NCBI RefSeq assembly: GCF_000186885.1
Contig: NC_014972.1
Location: 2,160,001 to 2,192,000, forward strand
Source: Desulfobulbus propionicus DSM 2032
GTDB lineage: Bacteria; Desulfobacterota; Desulfobulbia; Desulfobulbales; Desulfobulbaceae
Direction: 5' to 3'
Length of the DNA stretch: 32,000 bases
Position numbers and translations under genes: made by a program. This document shows, piece by piece, positions 22,063 to 30,405 of this stretch (positions are counted from its first letter, which is position 1; each line of letters begins with the position of its first letter). The notes under the pieces are model-generated. The model made no database searches. It was not told the DNA's origin and was given only the letters and a program-made list of their open reading frames with translations.

Positions 22063-23664
22063 TCACGCCTTGTTTTTTGGGGTTAGATGAGCGCTGCGGT
22101 CGGTATAGGTGGTGTGCAGCAGCTTGTGGGCCATCTCGCCGTTGGGCTTGCCCAGATAGTCGGCGTACAGGTCCATCACTTCCTTGTTCTCGTGGCTCAG
22201 CCGTTTCTTGTAGATCTTGGCGTCGATGGTGTAGATGGACTTCAGCCGCTCCTGGCGCACCCAGTCGCTGGGCGGCACCGAGGTCTTGGGCTGACCGCCG
22301 CCGCTGATGCAGCCGCCCGGACAGGCCATGAACTCGATGAAGTGGTAGCGGGGCGGCCGGCCGGCCTGCTTGTCAGCGCGGATCTGATCGAGCAGTTGCC
22401 GGCCGTTGGCCAGGCCGCTGGCCACGGCAACGCGCAATTCGCCCACTCCAGGCACCTCCAGGCTGGCCTCCTTGACGCCCTGCAGGCCACGCACGGCGGC
22501 AAGGTTGAGGAGGGCCTCGGGCGGATTTTCGCCGGTGAGCAGGTAATACCCGGAACGGATCGCCGCCTCCATGACGCCGCCGGTGGCGGCAAAGATAACC
22601 GCCGCGCCGGTGCCCTCACCCATGAGCGAGTCATAGGGCTGAGGATCGAGTTTGGCCAGATCGATGCCCTTGCCCTTGATCATTCGCGCCAATTCGCGGG
22701 TGGTGAGGACAAAGTCGACATCGCGCAGTTCAGGGGTGCCGGCCATGATGCCGGCACTGTTCATCTCGCCGCGTGCGGCCTCGAATTTCTTGGCCGTGCA
22801 GGGCATGATCGACACCGAGACGATCTGTTTGGGATCGATACCTTTCTTCTTGGCATAGTAAGTCTTGGCCACTGAGCCGAGCATCTGTTGCGGCGATTTG
22901 CAGGTCGACATGTGATCGAGCAGGTCGGGATAGAAGTATTCGCAGAACTTGACCCAGCCAGGCGAACAGGAGGTGAATTGGGGCAGCGCGGTCGGGGCAT
23001 GGCCATGCCCACCCTCGCCGTGCCCGCCGGCCGCCTTGATCCGGTTGACCAGCTCGGTGCCCTCTTCCATGATGGTGAGATCGGCACTGAAGTTGGTGTC
23101 AAAGACGCGATCAAAACCAAGCAACTTCAGGGCAGCGACCATCTTACCCTCGACGATGGAGCCGGCTGGCATGCCGAATTCCTCGCCAATGGCGATGCGG
23201 GTGGCTGGCGCTGTCTGCACGATCACATGCAGGTTTTTGTCGCTGATCACCTTGAGCACCCGCTCGATGTCGTCGCGCTCACTGATGGCGCCGGTGGGGC
23301 ACCACAGGGCGCACTGGCCGCAGTTGACGCAGGTGATGTCGTCCTTGATCGGCAGGCCGTAGAAGCCCTCGACGCTCTGCACGCGCTCGCAGGCCTCGGC
23401 GCACTGGCCGCAAAGGATGCACTTGCGGTCGTCGCGGACAATGGAGGGGTTGTTGGGATCGATGGGCACGCGCCCACGGACCTGCACCGGCCAGGAGCCG
23501 GGAGCGTTGTACTGTTGCGGAGTCCATCCTTCGCCGCCGACTGGTTTGCCGGCATCCTTGCACCCGGACAGGGTCGCGAGGGCGCCCGCCATGCCAGCGG
23601 TTCCCAATCCCTTGAGGAAAAACCGCCGGGAAACCGGGAGATCGTTTGTGCTGTTATTGTCCAT
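22063..23664 (-). CDS. hydA: [FeFe] hydrogenase catalytic subunit, Tat signal, small-subunit domain fused at C-terminus
   Basis: Twin-arginine motif SRRFFLKGLG; ferredoxin motifs CILCGQCAEAC and CVNCGQCALWC; H-cluster motifs TSCSPGWVKFCEYFYP, MPCTAKKFE, FMACPGGCISGGGQP; C-terminal Fe_hyd_SSU-like RLKSIYTIDAKIYKKRLSHENKEVMDLYADYLGKPNGEMAHKLLHTTY. Confidence 0.95.
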   Translation of the reverse strand: MDNNSTNDLPVSRRFFLKGLGTAGMAGALATLSGCKDAGKPVGGEGWTPQQYNAPGSWPVQVRGRVPIDPNNPSIVRDDRKCILCGQCAEACERVQSVEGFYGLPIKDDITCVNCGQCALWCPTGAISERDDIERVLKVISDKNLHVIVQTAPATRIAIGEEFGMPAGSIVEGKMVAALKLLGFDRVFDTNFSADLTIMEEGTELVNRIKAAGGHGEGGHGHAPTALPQFTSCSPGWVKFCEYFYPDLLDHMSTCKSPQQMLGSVAKTYYAKKKGIDPKQIVSVSIMPCTAKKFEAARGEMNSAGIMAGTPELRDVDFVLTTRELARMIKGKGIDLAKLDPQPYDSLMGEGTGAAVIFAATGGVMEAAIRSGYYLLTGENPPEALLNLAAVRGLQGVKEASLEVPGVGELRVAVASGLANGRQLLDQIRADKQAGRPPRYHFIEFMACPGGCISGGGQPKTSVPPSDWVRQERLKSIYTIDAKIYKKRLSHENKEVMDLYADYLGKPNGEMAHKLLHTTYTDRSAHLTPKNKA

Positions 23665-23844
23665 AGACTGCTTCCCTTGCTGAAGTTACGTTCTTGGCCT
23701 CGCTTGCCGTTTCTGCTGCCCAGCCGCGGCCCGTGTGTGTTGTCTCGTGGACAGTGTCACCGACCAAAGAGAACACAGGCGTCCATCTTCGACCACGCAT
23801 CCACCGCCCACCCATCAAAAGTTTGCCGTGCAGTCCTTTTTTCC

Positions 23845-23877
23845 AAAAAACCGGAAAACTAAAAACAATGATTCCGG
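23845..23877 (-). terminator. terminator-like hairpin on the - strand upstream of the hydrogenase gene
   Basis: - strand: CCGGAA-(15 nt)-TTCCGG followed by TTTTTT. Confidence 0.4.
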
Positions 23878-23983
23878 TCGGCAGAATCAGGGCCTCTCCC
23901 CTCTTCCGGCCATTGGTTGGCGCCCCTTTGTATAAGGAACCGGATACTGATTGAACCGGTCCAACGCTGACCCGGAAAGGACT

Positions 23984-24005
23984 TATAGAGAATTAATTCT
24001 CTATA
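23984..24005. promoter_or_regulatory. 22-bp perfect palindrome, candidate regulator site
   Basis: TATAGAGAATT|AATTCTCTATA at 23984-24005 in an AT-rich intergenic patch. Confidence 0.45.
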
Positions 24006-24332
24006 TAAAGTCTAATAAAAACTGCTTGATATGTCAATTATTTTCAATGACGACCAAAGCCGGCTTGCCGGGTTTTTTTCCCGAACGGGCTATGAACGGA
24101 AGGAATTATCGAGTCATTCTGACCCGCAAAAAAATAGCAGGATACAAGCTGAAAAAGAGCGTCAACGACAAGGAAATGGCCGGGAACCGCTCGCGAATCA
24201 CGCGCCGATAAGTACAATTTTGTACTTTAAGGCAGTAAAAAAATCCTCTGCGGGACAGGGAACAGGAAAGGGTGTGGGGGAATGAAGAGGAAAAAATACG
24301 GTTGGGGTCAATCCGAGGCGCGGAAAAGGAAG

Positions 24333-24358
24333 GGAGAGGCCTCGATTGACGCCTCTCC
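24333..24358 (-). terminator. possible terminator of the ppsR-like gene
   Basis: 8-bp perfect inverted repeat GGAGAGGC ... GCCTCTCC with 10-nt loop, followed on the - strand by CTTCCTTTTCC; lies just beyond the stop at 24382. Confidence 0.45.
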
Positions 24359-24381
24359 GCATCTCTAACTCGGTCGGCCTT

Positions 24382-25230
24382 TTACAGGGAACGTCCGGAG
24401 ATATCGCGAGTGCGCGGCCGCTGTTTCTTGGTCAGACCAATGGCCTGGATCGCCTGCACGGCGATCTCTTCGATCGAGCGGCCCTCGACATTGAGCACCT
24501 TGAGGTTGTGCCGCTGGTAGAGCTGCTTGGCTTGCTGCAGTTCGCGGGTACAGTTGGCCAAGCTGGCATAGGTGGAACCGGCGTAGCGCTTTTCGCGGAT
24601 GGTGTGCAAGTAGAGCGGCGAGCAGGTCAGCCCCACCGCCCGCTTGCTGTTGCGCACGATCTCCTTGGGCAGTTCATGCTTGTCGAGGTGATCGGCGGTC
24701 AACGGAAAGTTGGCGGCCTTGAGTTCCATGTGGGTGGCCAGGTAGATACTGACCGGGGTCTTGCCGGATCGCGACACGCCCACCAGGATGATTTCTGCCT
24801 CGTCGTATTCTGCCGGCCGGGTGCCGTCGTCGTGCTCCAGGGAAAAATGGATGGCGTCGACCCGTTTGTTCATTTTGGAGATGGTAAAGTGGCGGGAATA
24901 TCCCGGTTCGCGCAAGGCCTTGACCCCCAGGGCCTGTTCCAGCAATTCCAGGGTGTTGAGAAAAATATCGAAAAATTTCACCTCTGGACAGTTGAACACG
25001 TCACGGGTTTCCTGATCCATGATGGTGCAGAAGACCAGCGGCTGCCCGCCTTCGGACTGCTGGAGAATGTGGGCCAGGGCCTTGCGGGCGTCATCGGGGG
25101 TATGGATGAAGGGAATTTTTTCTTCCCGAAAGCGAATGTCTTGAAATTGGGCCAGAAGGGCCTTGCCCATGTCTTCGGCGAGGATGGCGGTGGAACCGGA
25201 AACGTAGTAGACATCTTGGGTGGTAGCCAT
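24382..25230 (-). CDS. ppsR: pyruvate, water dikinase / PPDK regulatory protein (kinase-pyrophosphorylase)
   Basis: VYYVSGSTAILAEDMGKALLAQF..., VGVSRSGKTPVSIYLA (P-loop-like), HLDKHELPKEIVRNSKRAVGLTCSPLYLHTIREKR, NVEGRSIEEIAVQAI: DUF299/PSRP family motifs. Confidence 0.92.
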   Translation of the reverse strand: MATTQDVYYVSGSTAILAEDMGKALLAQFQDIRFREEKIPFIHTPDDARKALAHILQQSEGGQPLVFCTIMDQETRDVFNCPEVKFFDIFLNTLELLEQALGVKALREPGYSRHFTISKMNKRVDAIHFSLEHDDGTRPAEYDEAEIILVGVSRSGKTPVSIYLATHMELKAANFPLTADHLDKHELPKEIVRNSKRAVGLTCSPLYLHTIREKRYAGSTYASLANCTRELQQAKQLYQRHNLKVLNVEGRSIEEIAVQAIQAIGLTKKQRPRTRDISGRSL

Positions 25231-25244
25231 GGCGTCTCGATGGG

Positions 25245-25505
25245 TTATTTTCGTTTATGACAGAACAAACAGCGGTATTTCGGCGGATGGGTTTCGGGCA
25301 AGGGGGCTTCCTTGCCTGGCGCATGACAACGCTCGCAGAATTTTTCCGCCTCCTTTTTTTTCATGGTCATGAATCGTTCATGCGTGGCGTCATGCGGCAG
25401 CGGTCGGGTGGTTTCCGGCGGCGCCTTGAGAAGAAACAGCAACAGTCCGGCGCAACCGACCAGAAACAGGGCATTGTAGAGGAGATGTTTCTGCTTGGTG
25501 GTCAT
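25245..25505 (-). CDS. small membrane-anchored diheme c-type cytochrome-like protein
   Basis: MTTKQKHLLYNALFLVGCAGLLLFLLKAPPETT... one N-terminal TM, two CxxCH motifs (CERCH, CLFCH) in 86 aa. Confidence 0.8.
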   Translation of the reverse strand: MTTKQKHLLYNALFLVGCAGLLLFLLKAPPETTRPLPHDATHERFMTMKKKEAEKFCERCHAPGKEAPLPETHPPKYRCLFCHKRK

Positions 25506-25536
25506 GGTGTCCTGGGGAAGAGTGGAAGCGATACCG

Positions 25537-26565
25537 CTAATCTGCCATTTCCAGACTATGAAAATCAATGATTTTCATTCGTAGCAGCAGAACCAGCAGA
25601 TCCATCAGCAGGCCGCAGAGTCTTGGGCTGCGACCCGCCAGCCGCATCACCCGGCCATGGCGCCGTTGTTTGCGGGCAAGCGTCGCCAGCTCGGTGCCCG
25701 GATAGGCGGGATCAAGGATCATTCGCGCCACAACCCGACCGGAGACCAGAGCCGGATAGATGCCTTCGCCGGTGAGCCCGGAAGCCAGTCCAGCGGCATC
25801 GCCGACCAGCCAGCCATGCTCGAAACAAACCCCACGATAATCGAAGTTGACCAGACCGGCGCGGATGGCTCCCGGATCAAGCGCAATGCCCTGTCGACCG
25901 GCCCAGACAAGCAACTGTTCTTTGAGCGTCCTGGCCGAAAACAGGCGGCTGTCGGCGTAGGCGCCGATGGAACAGGTCGTCGCATGGGGAAAGATCCAGC
26001 CATAGCCGGAACCGAAGAGGCGCGGGTCAAGATGCCATTCCATGCGGGAAAAGTGACCCGGCACCATGGCGTTGAGGCCGATTCCCAGGGCAAAGGACGG
26101 GAGGTTGAGATAGCGGCGCACCTGACTGCATGATCCATCCGCGCCCACCAGCTGGCCATAACGTACGCCCATCCGGCTGTTGCCCCGTTCTAAGATGGCC
26201 TGCCCGGGTTCCAGCGCGGCCAGCCGGGTTCCGCTCAGCAGGGTCACCCCGGCGGCTGCCGCCTGCGCCGCCATCCACTGTCCCAGGCGCTCTCGGCTGA
26301 CGGTGGCGATGATCGGATTCTGCTCCGCCACCACCACCTGTTGCCGAGGGGTGACCACCACCTGCTCGGGAAACTGTCGCTCGATCAGTTCGTGAGGAAC
26401 ATGACGGAGCAGGCCGTGCCAGGTGATGCCACCGGCACAAACCTTGGGGCCGAAAACCGGTTTGCGCTCCACCAGGACCACCCGTGCCCCGTGCCGCGCC
26501 AACTGGGTGGCGCAGGCCAAACCACCCGGTCCGCCGCCAACAATCAGAATATCAGTGTGTTCCAT
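25537..26565 (-). CDS. geranylgeranyl reductase-family FAD-dependent oxidoreductase
   Basis: MEHTDILIVGGGPGGLACATQLARHGARVVLVERK, VCAGGIT, GADGSCSQVRRYL, GWLVGDAAGLASGLTGEGIYPALVSGRVVA. Confidence 0.88.
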   Translation of the reverse strand: MEHTDILIVGGGPGGLACATQLARHGARVVLVERKPVFGPKVCAGGITWHGLLRHVPHELIERQFPEQVVVTPRQQVVVAEQNPIIATVSRERLGQWMAAQAAAAGVTLLSGTRLAALEPGQAILERGNSRMGVRYGQLVGADGSCSQVRRYLNLPSFALGIGLNAMVPGHFSRMEWHLDPRLFGSGYGWIFPHATTCSIGAYADSRLFSARTLKEQLLVWAGRQGIALDPGAIRAGLVNFDYRGVCFEHGWLVGDAAGLASGLTGEGIYPALVSGRVVARMILDPAYPGTELATLARKQRRHGRVMRLAGRSPRLCGLLMDLLVLLLRMKIIDFHSLEMAD

Positions 26566-26641
26566 GCGTTAATTGTTCAAGAAACAATTCCTTGGTTGAA
26601 GGCAGGTGGCAAGGGGGGCAGAGGCCATCGGCAATACGCTC

Positions 26642-26678
26642 TCCGGGAAACGGCCGCTACGGCTTACCGGTTCCCGGA
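26642..26678. repeat. strong imperfect stem-loop in the divergent intergenic region
   Basis: TCCGGGAA (26642-26649) pairs with TTCCCGGA (26671-26678); extra inner pairing CGG(51-53)/CCG(67-69). Confidence 0.5.
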
Positions 26679-26842
26679 AAAAAAAGCAAGCGCATCCCGG
26701 ATCGTGCCCGCAGCCGGGGGCATGCGTCCCGCCTCGCCGCCGATCGACCCGAAGGGGTGATCCCCGGCTTTCCTGTTGTCAGCGTCTCCTCTTCCTGCTA
26801 CATATCAGGAATATTTCCCACCTCAAACAGCAAGGTGCCGCC

Positions 26843-28219
26843 ATGAACATCAGGGAACAACTGGCCATCCCCCGGCAACAACCGCGTGAACTTGATCCCG
26901 AGGAGCGGCTCGACAACTTCGACGAGGTCTCCAAAGGCTTTGACGAAGCCACCGCGCTGATCGAGGCTCAACGCTGCCTGCAGTGCCGCAAGCCGCTGTG
27001 CGTGATGGGCTGCCCCATCGGCAACGACATCCCGCGGTTCATCGAATTGTTGCGGGAGCGCAAGTTCGAACAGGCCTACTGGACCATCCGCGAGACCAGT
27101 TCCATGCCCTCGATCTGTGGCCGGGTCTGTCCCCACGAGTTCCAGTGCGAAGGTGCCTGCATCCGGGGCAAAAAGGACGCGCCGGTGGCCATCGGCCTGC
27201 TGGAACGCTTCCTTGCCGACTGGATGATCATCAACGGCAAGAATCTCTCACCCCGTTGCGCGCCGAAAAACGGCATCAAGGTGGCGATCATCGGTTCCGG
27301 TCCAGCGGGTATCACCGTGGCCCACTCGCTGTCGCACAAAGGATACAGCTGCACCATTTTCGAGTCCTTGCCGGTGTTCGGCGGCATGCTCAGCGTCGGC
27401 ATCCCCAATTATCGCCTGCCGCGCAACATCATCGGCGCCGAACTCTATGCCCTGCAGCAGTGCGGGGTCAACGTCAAGACCGGCATCACCGTGGGTCGCG
27501 ACCTGACCCTCTCCGACCTGCGTGACCAGGGCTACGCCGCGGTGTTTCTCGGCATTGGCGCCTATGAAAGCCGCCGGCTGGGCCTGGAAGGCGAACTTGA
27601 AACCCAGGGGGTGATGTCCGGCATCGATTATCTGGGACAGGTGCTTACCGGTCGAGAAATCGCGCTTGGCGACCGGGTGGTGGTGGTGGGCGGCGGCAAC
27701 GTGGCCATCGATGTGGCCCGGGTGGCGCTCCGTTCCGGCTGGAAGGAGGTGACCATCCTCTACCGCCGCACCCGCGAAGAGATGCCCGCCTCGGGAGTCG
27801 AGGTACATCATGTGGAGGAGGAAGGGGTACAAATCCTGTTCCTTGCCGTACCCACCAGAATCCTCTCGGACGACGGCAGATTGACCGGCGTGGAATGCAT
27901 CCGCATGCAGCCGGGCGAACCCGACGCGTCCGGCAGGCGTTCCCCGGTTCCGGTCGAAGGCTCCGAGTTCGTGCTCGAAGCCGATGCCCTGATCGCGGCG
28001 GTCGGGCAGAAAGTCATTCCAGTGCATGACGAGACCGTGCCGGTGGAGGTCACCTCCCGTGGCACCTACGTGGTCGACCCGGTCACCCTCCAGACCAGCG
28101 TCGAGTGGATCTTTGCCGGCGGCGACACGGTGCTCGGGCCGCAGACCGTGGCCAAGGCGGTCTGTCAAGGGCTGGACGCGGCCGAGTCCATGCACCGCTA
28201 CATGCAGGGGCTGATCTGA
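26843..28219 (+). CDS. GltD/NfnB-like NADPH-dependent glutamate synthase small-subunit family flavoprotein
   Basis: ATG 26843; N-terminal Fe-S motifs CLQCRKPLCVMGCPIGNDIP and CGRVCPHEFQCEGAC; FAD/NAD motifs VAIIGSGPAGITVAHSL and VVVVGGGNVAIDVARVALR; GDTVLGPQTVAKAVCQG. Confidence 0.9.
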   Translation: MNIREQLAIPRQQPRELDPEERLDNFDEVSKGFDEATALIEAQRCLQCRKPLCVMGCPIGNDIPRFIELLRERKFEQAYWTIRETSSMPSICGRVCPHEFQCEGACIRGKKDAPVAIGLLERFLADWMIINGKNLSPRCAPKNGIKVAIIGSGPAGITVAHSLSHKGYSCTIFESLPVFGGMLSVGIPNYRLPRNIIGAELYALQQCGVNVKTGITVGRDLTLSDLRDQGYAAVFLGIGAYESRRLGLEGELETQGVMSGIDYLGQVLTGREIALGDRVVVVGGGNVAIDVARVALRSGWKEVTILYRRTREEMPASGVEVHHVEEEGVQILFLAVPTRILSDDGRLTGVECIRMQPGEPDASGRRSPVPVEGSEFVLEADALIAAVGQKVIPVHDETVPVEVTSRGTYVVDPVTLQTSVEWIFAGGDTVLGPQTVAKAVCQGLDAAESMHRYMQGLI

Positions 28220-28258
28220 ACGATCAAGCCCTGCGCGATGTTCACGGATTGAGGAGGG

Positions 28259-28909
28259 TTAGCTGTAGGCCTCGCTGTAGATGCGTGTGCCGGGAAAGTG
28301 CTCATCGAGCAGATGCGTCATGTCATGAATCATCGGCCGGGAGCCGCAGAGGTAGAAATCATAAAGCCCGGGCTTGAGATGCCGATCGATATAATCGGTC
28401 ACGTGCCCCCGGTGGAGATCCAGGAGCATGATCCCCGGCTGCGCCGGACCGGAAAGGCAGGGAATATAGCGGCTGGCCGCCATGGTCAGCGCACGCCGAT
28501 AGAACAGACCCGATACCTCCCGGGCGCCATGGACCAGGGTGAAGCCCCGCACCCCCGACGCGGCCATGGCCATAAACGGGGCGATTCCCACCCCGTTGGC
28601 CACAAAATAGACCGGTCGATCGGTCGGCCGGTAGATCAGATACCCCTTGGCCTGGCTCATGCCGACGGAACTCCCCGGAGCCAGTTCAGCTAGGGCACCG
28701 CTCAACACCCCACCGCGTATCCGTCTGATCAGAAAGCGCAGCTCACGGGCATCTGGAGGGGAGAGCAAGGTATAATCCCGCTCCTCGCCGTGCAGACTGA
28801 GGGTGACATGCTGGCCGGCAACAAAGGAAAAATTATCGGGTCGGTCGAAGGTCAACTCAAAGGCTTCGTCATCCAGCCATTCGCGCTTCAAAATGGAGAT
28901 GCGGTGCAT
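28259..28909 (-). CDS. FAD/NAD(P)-binding ferredoxin-NADP reductase-like protein
   Basis: VAGQHVTLSLHGEERDYTLLSPP, VYFVANGVGIAPFMAMAASG, YDFYLCGSRPMIHDM, C-terminal IYSEAYS; no iron-sulfur motif. Confidence 0.85.
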   Translation of the reverse strand: MHRISILKREWLDDEAFELTFDRPDNFSFVAGQHVTLSLHGEERDYTLLSPPDARELRFLIRRIRGGVLSGALAELAPGSSVGMSQAKGYLIYRPTDRPVYFVANGVGIAPFMAMAASGVRGFTLVHGAREVSGLFYRRALTMAASRYIPCLSGPAQPGIMLLDLHRGHVTDYIDRHLKPGLYDFYLCGSRPMIHDMTHLLDEHFPGTRIYSEAYS

Positions 28910-28927
28910 CGATGTCCCCCTGTTCCA

Positions 28928-29494
28928 TCACTTCTTCCAGGTTTTATCGGCGGTTCCAAGGAGTTGATTAAGGTATCGGGCCACGACAAACAGATAATCG
29001 GACAAGCGGTTGAGGTAGACTTGGATGGCCGCCAGTTCACTGTTTCCGGCATCCGGAGAGACCTCGATCAATTCGGTCAAGCGCCGCTCGCAACGGCGAC
29101 AGACCGTACGCGCCACATGGGCCCAGGCCGCGACCGGCTGACCTCCGGGCAGAATGAATTCCTTCAGCACCGGCAACACGTCGGAAAGCGCGTCGATACG
29201 CTTCTCCAAATCTTTGGACACATTGACCGGCAGGGCAGTGAGATAACCGGTGGCGGAAGAGTCCGGAGTGGTGGCCAGCCAGGCACCGGCGAGAAAGAGG
29301 TGGGACTGAATCTGCTCGAAATCGCCGCGGATAGCCTGTTCTCCTTCAGGCAGATACGCGGCGACCGCCCCCAGCATGGAATTGAGTTCATCGAGATCGC
29401 CATAGGCCTCGATGCGGATATGATGCTTGGGTACACGCTCGCCAGAAAAGAGACTCGTCTTTCCTTTGTCGCCTCCGCCAGTATACACTTTCAT
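28928..29494 (-). CDS. cob(I)yrinic acid a,c-diamide adenosyltransferase, PduO type
   Basis: MKVYTGGGDKGKTSLFSGERVPKHHIRIEAYGDLDELNSMLGAV, FILPGGQPVAAWAHVARTVCRRCERR, YLNRLSDYLFVVARYLN. ATG 29494. Confidence 0.93.
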   Translation of the reverse strand: MKVYTGGGDKGKTSLFSGERVPKHHIRIEAYGDLDELNSMLGAVAAYLPEGEQAIRGDFEQIQSHLFLAGAWLATTPDSSATGYLTALPVNVSKDLEKRIDALSDVLPVLKEFILPGGQPVAAWAHVARTVCRRCERRLTELIEVSPDAGNSELAAIQVYLNRLSDYLFVVARYLNQLLGTADKTWKK

Positions 29495-30255
29495 CCGACT
29501 TCTCCTTTTGCTGTTATCTTGGTCAATTAAATCCCATTCTGACACACTGAAAATCGTTTTCGCCAAAGGCGTGGAAATGCTCTCCCCCAAGGCCGCATCG
29601 TCGGCCACGCGTTCTTGTCCCGTGGGTGAACGCTGCCTGGAAACCGGAGCACGATCGCCAGCCAATCTCGTCGCTCAATGGAGCAGACCTTGCACCGCTT
29701 CGCCAATCAACACTACCAAGTGTGATGTTGTACTCGAAAACAAGAAAGGCCACAACAAGCTATCTCATTAAATCAAATCTATTTTTCCAGAAAAAAATCT
29801 CCTGCCCCCTCCCTGCTCCGCCGCATGCCGGAAAGAATGACACCAGTAGCGGAACCCAAAAAAATCAAAAATGACCGTATGCGTTTTAACTAATTATTTT
29901 ATCGAGGAATGAGCGTGAATATTGATTCATTTCCCATTCACCAAATCTTTTTGCTGTTGACAAAAGAGCCAATCTCAAATAGGAAAATGCGAAACTTTAT
30001 GTTAATTAGTTTTAGCCTGTTATTCAATTTTTCCCACCTGAACGACAGGACGGTTTTTTGGTGTTCAATGTTCATTTTCACTCAGCCACCCTTGTTGGTG
30101 AGCGGACGATCGCAAGAAAGAGGTAGTAAAAAAAGAGTTAGCTAAAGGCTTTTCCGCGATTTGCTGGAAAAGACCAGTTTTTCCCTTGCAGTCGATATCG
30201 GCTTCGGTTCACGGTTGAAAAAACGAGACCGGAAGTGTGCATCATCTGTAAATAT

Positions 30256-30270
30256 TCCGACGCGGTCGGA
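30256..30270. repeat. short perfect stem-loop in the CoA-transferase upstream region
   Basis: TCCGAC-GCG-GTCGGA. Confidence 0.4.
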
Positions 30271-30356
30271 GTACCCACTTGAGGAAAATTGGCTCAACGT
30301 ATGACAGACAGATTCTCACAAGTTATTGTACAAGGTTTGCGATCCAGTCAAAAAAT

Positions 30357-30405
30357 AGACCGGCGAGACAGCAGTTCATAATCTGTTGTTTTCCGGTCTT
30401 TTTTT
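30357..30405 (+). terminator. rho-independent terminator-like hairpin in the leader of the CoA-transferase operon
   Basis: AGACCGG-CGAG-ACAGCAG-TTCATAAT-CTGTTGT-TTT-CCGGTCT followed by a T-run; two stacked 7-bp arms (one G-U). Confidence 0.8.

Noticed and set aside
18422-23862. + strand ORFs (18422-19165, 19166-19825, 20014-20751, 22087-22875, 22888-23862) over the hydrogenase cluster
   Set aside because: All lie opposite strongly supported HydG, NrfD-like, FeS and hydrogenase genes and show no family motifs.
29495-29760. Possible cobalamin riboswitch upstream of the adenosyltransferase
   Set aside because: No B12-box-like or conserved cobalamin riboswitch core could be recognised in the upstream sequence.
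29909-30145. 78-aa ORF MSVNIDSFPIHQIFLLLTKEPIS...
   Set aside because: Has a plausible start context but no homology signal and lies in an AT-rich noncoding-like stretch; not called as CDS without conservation evidence.
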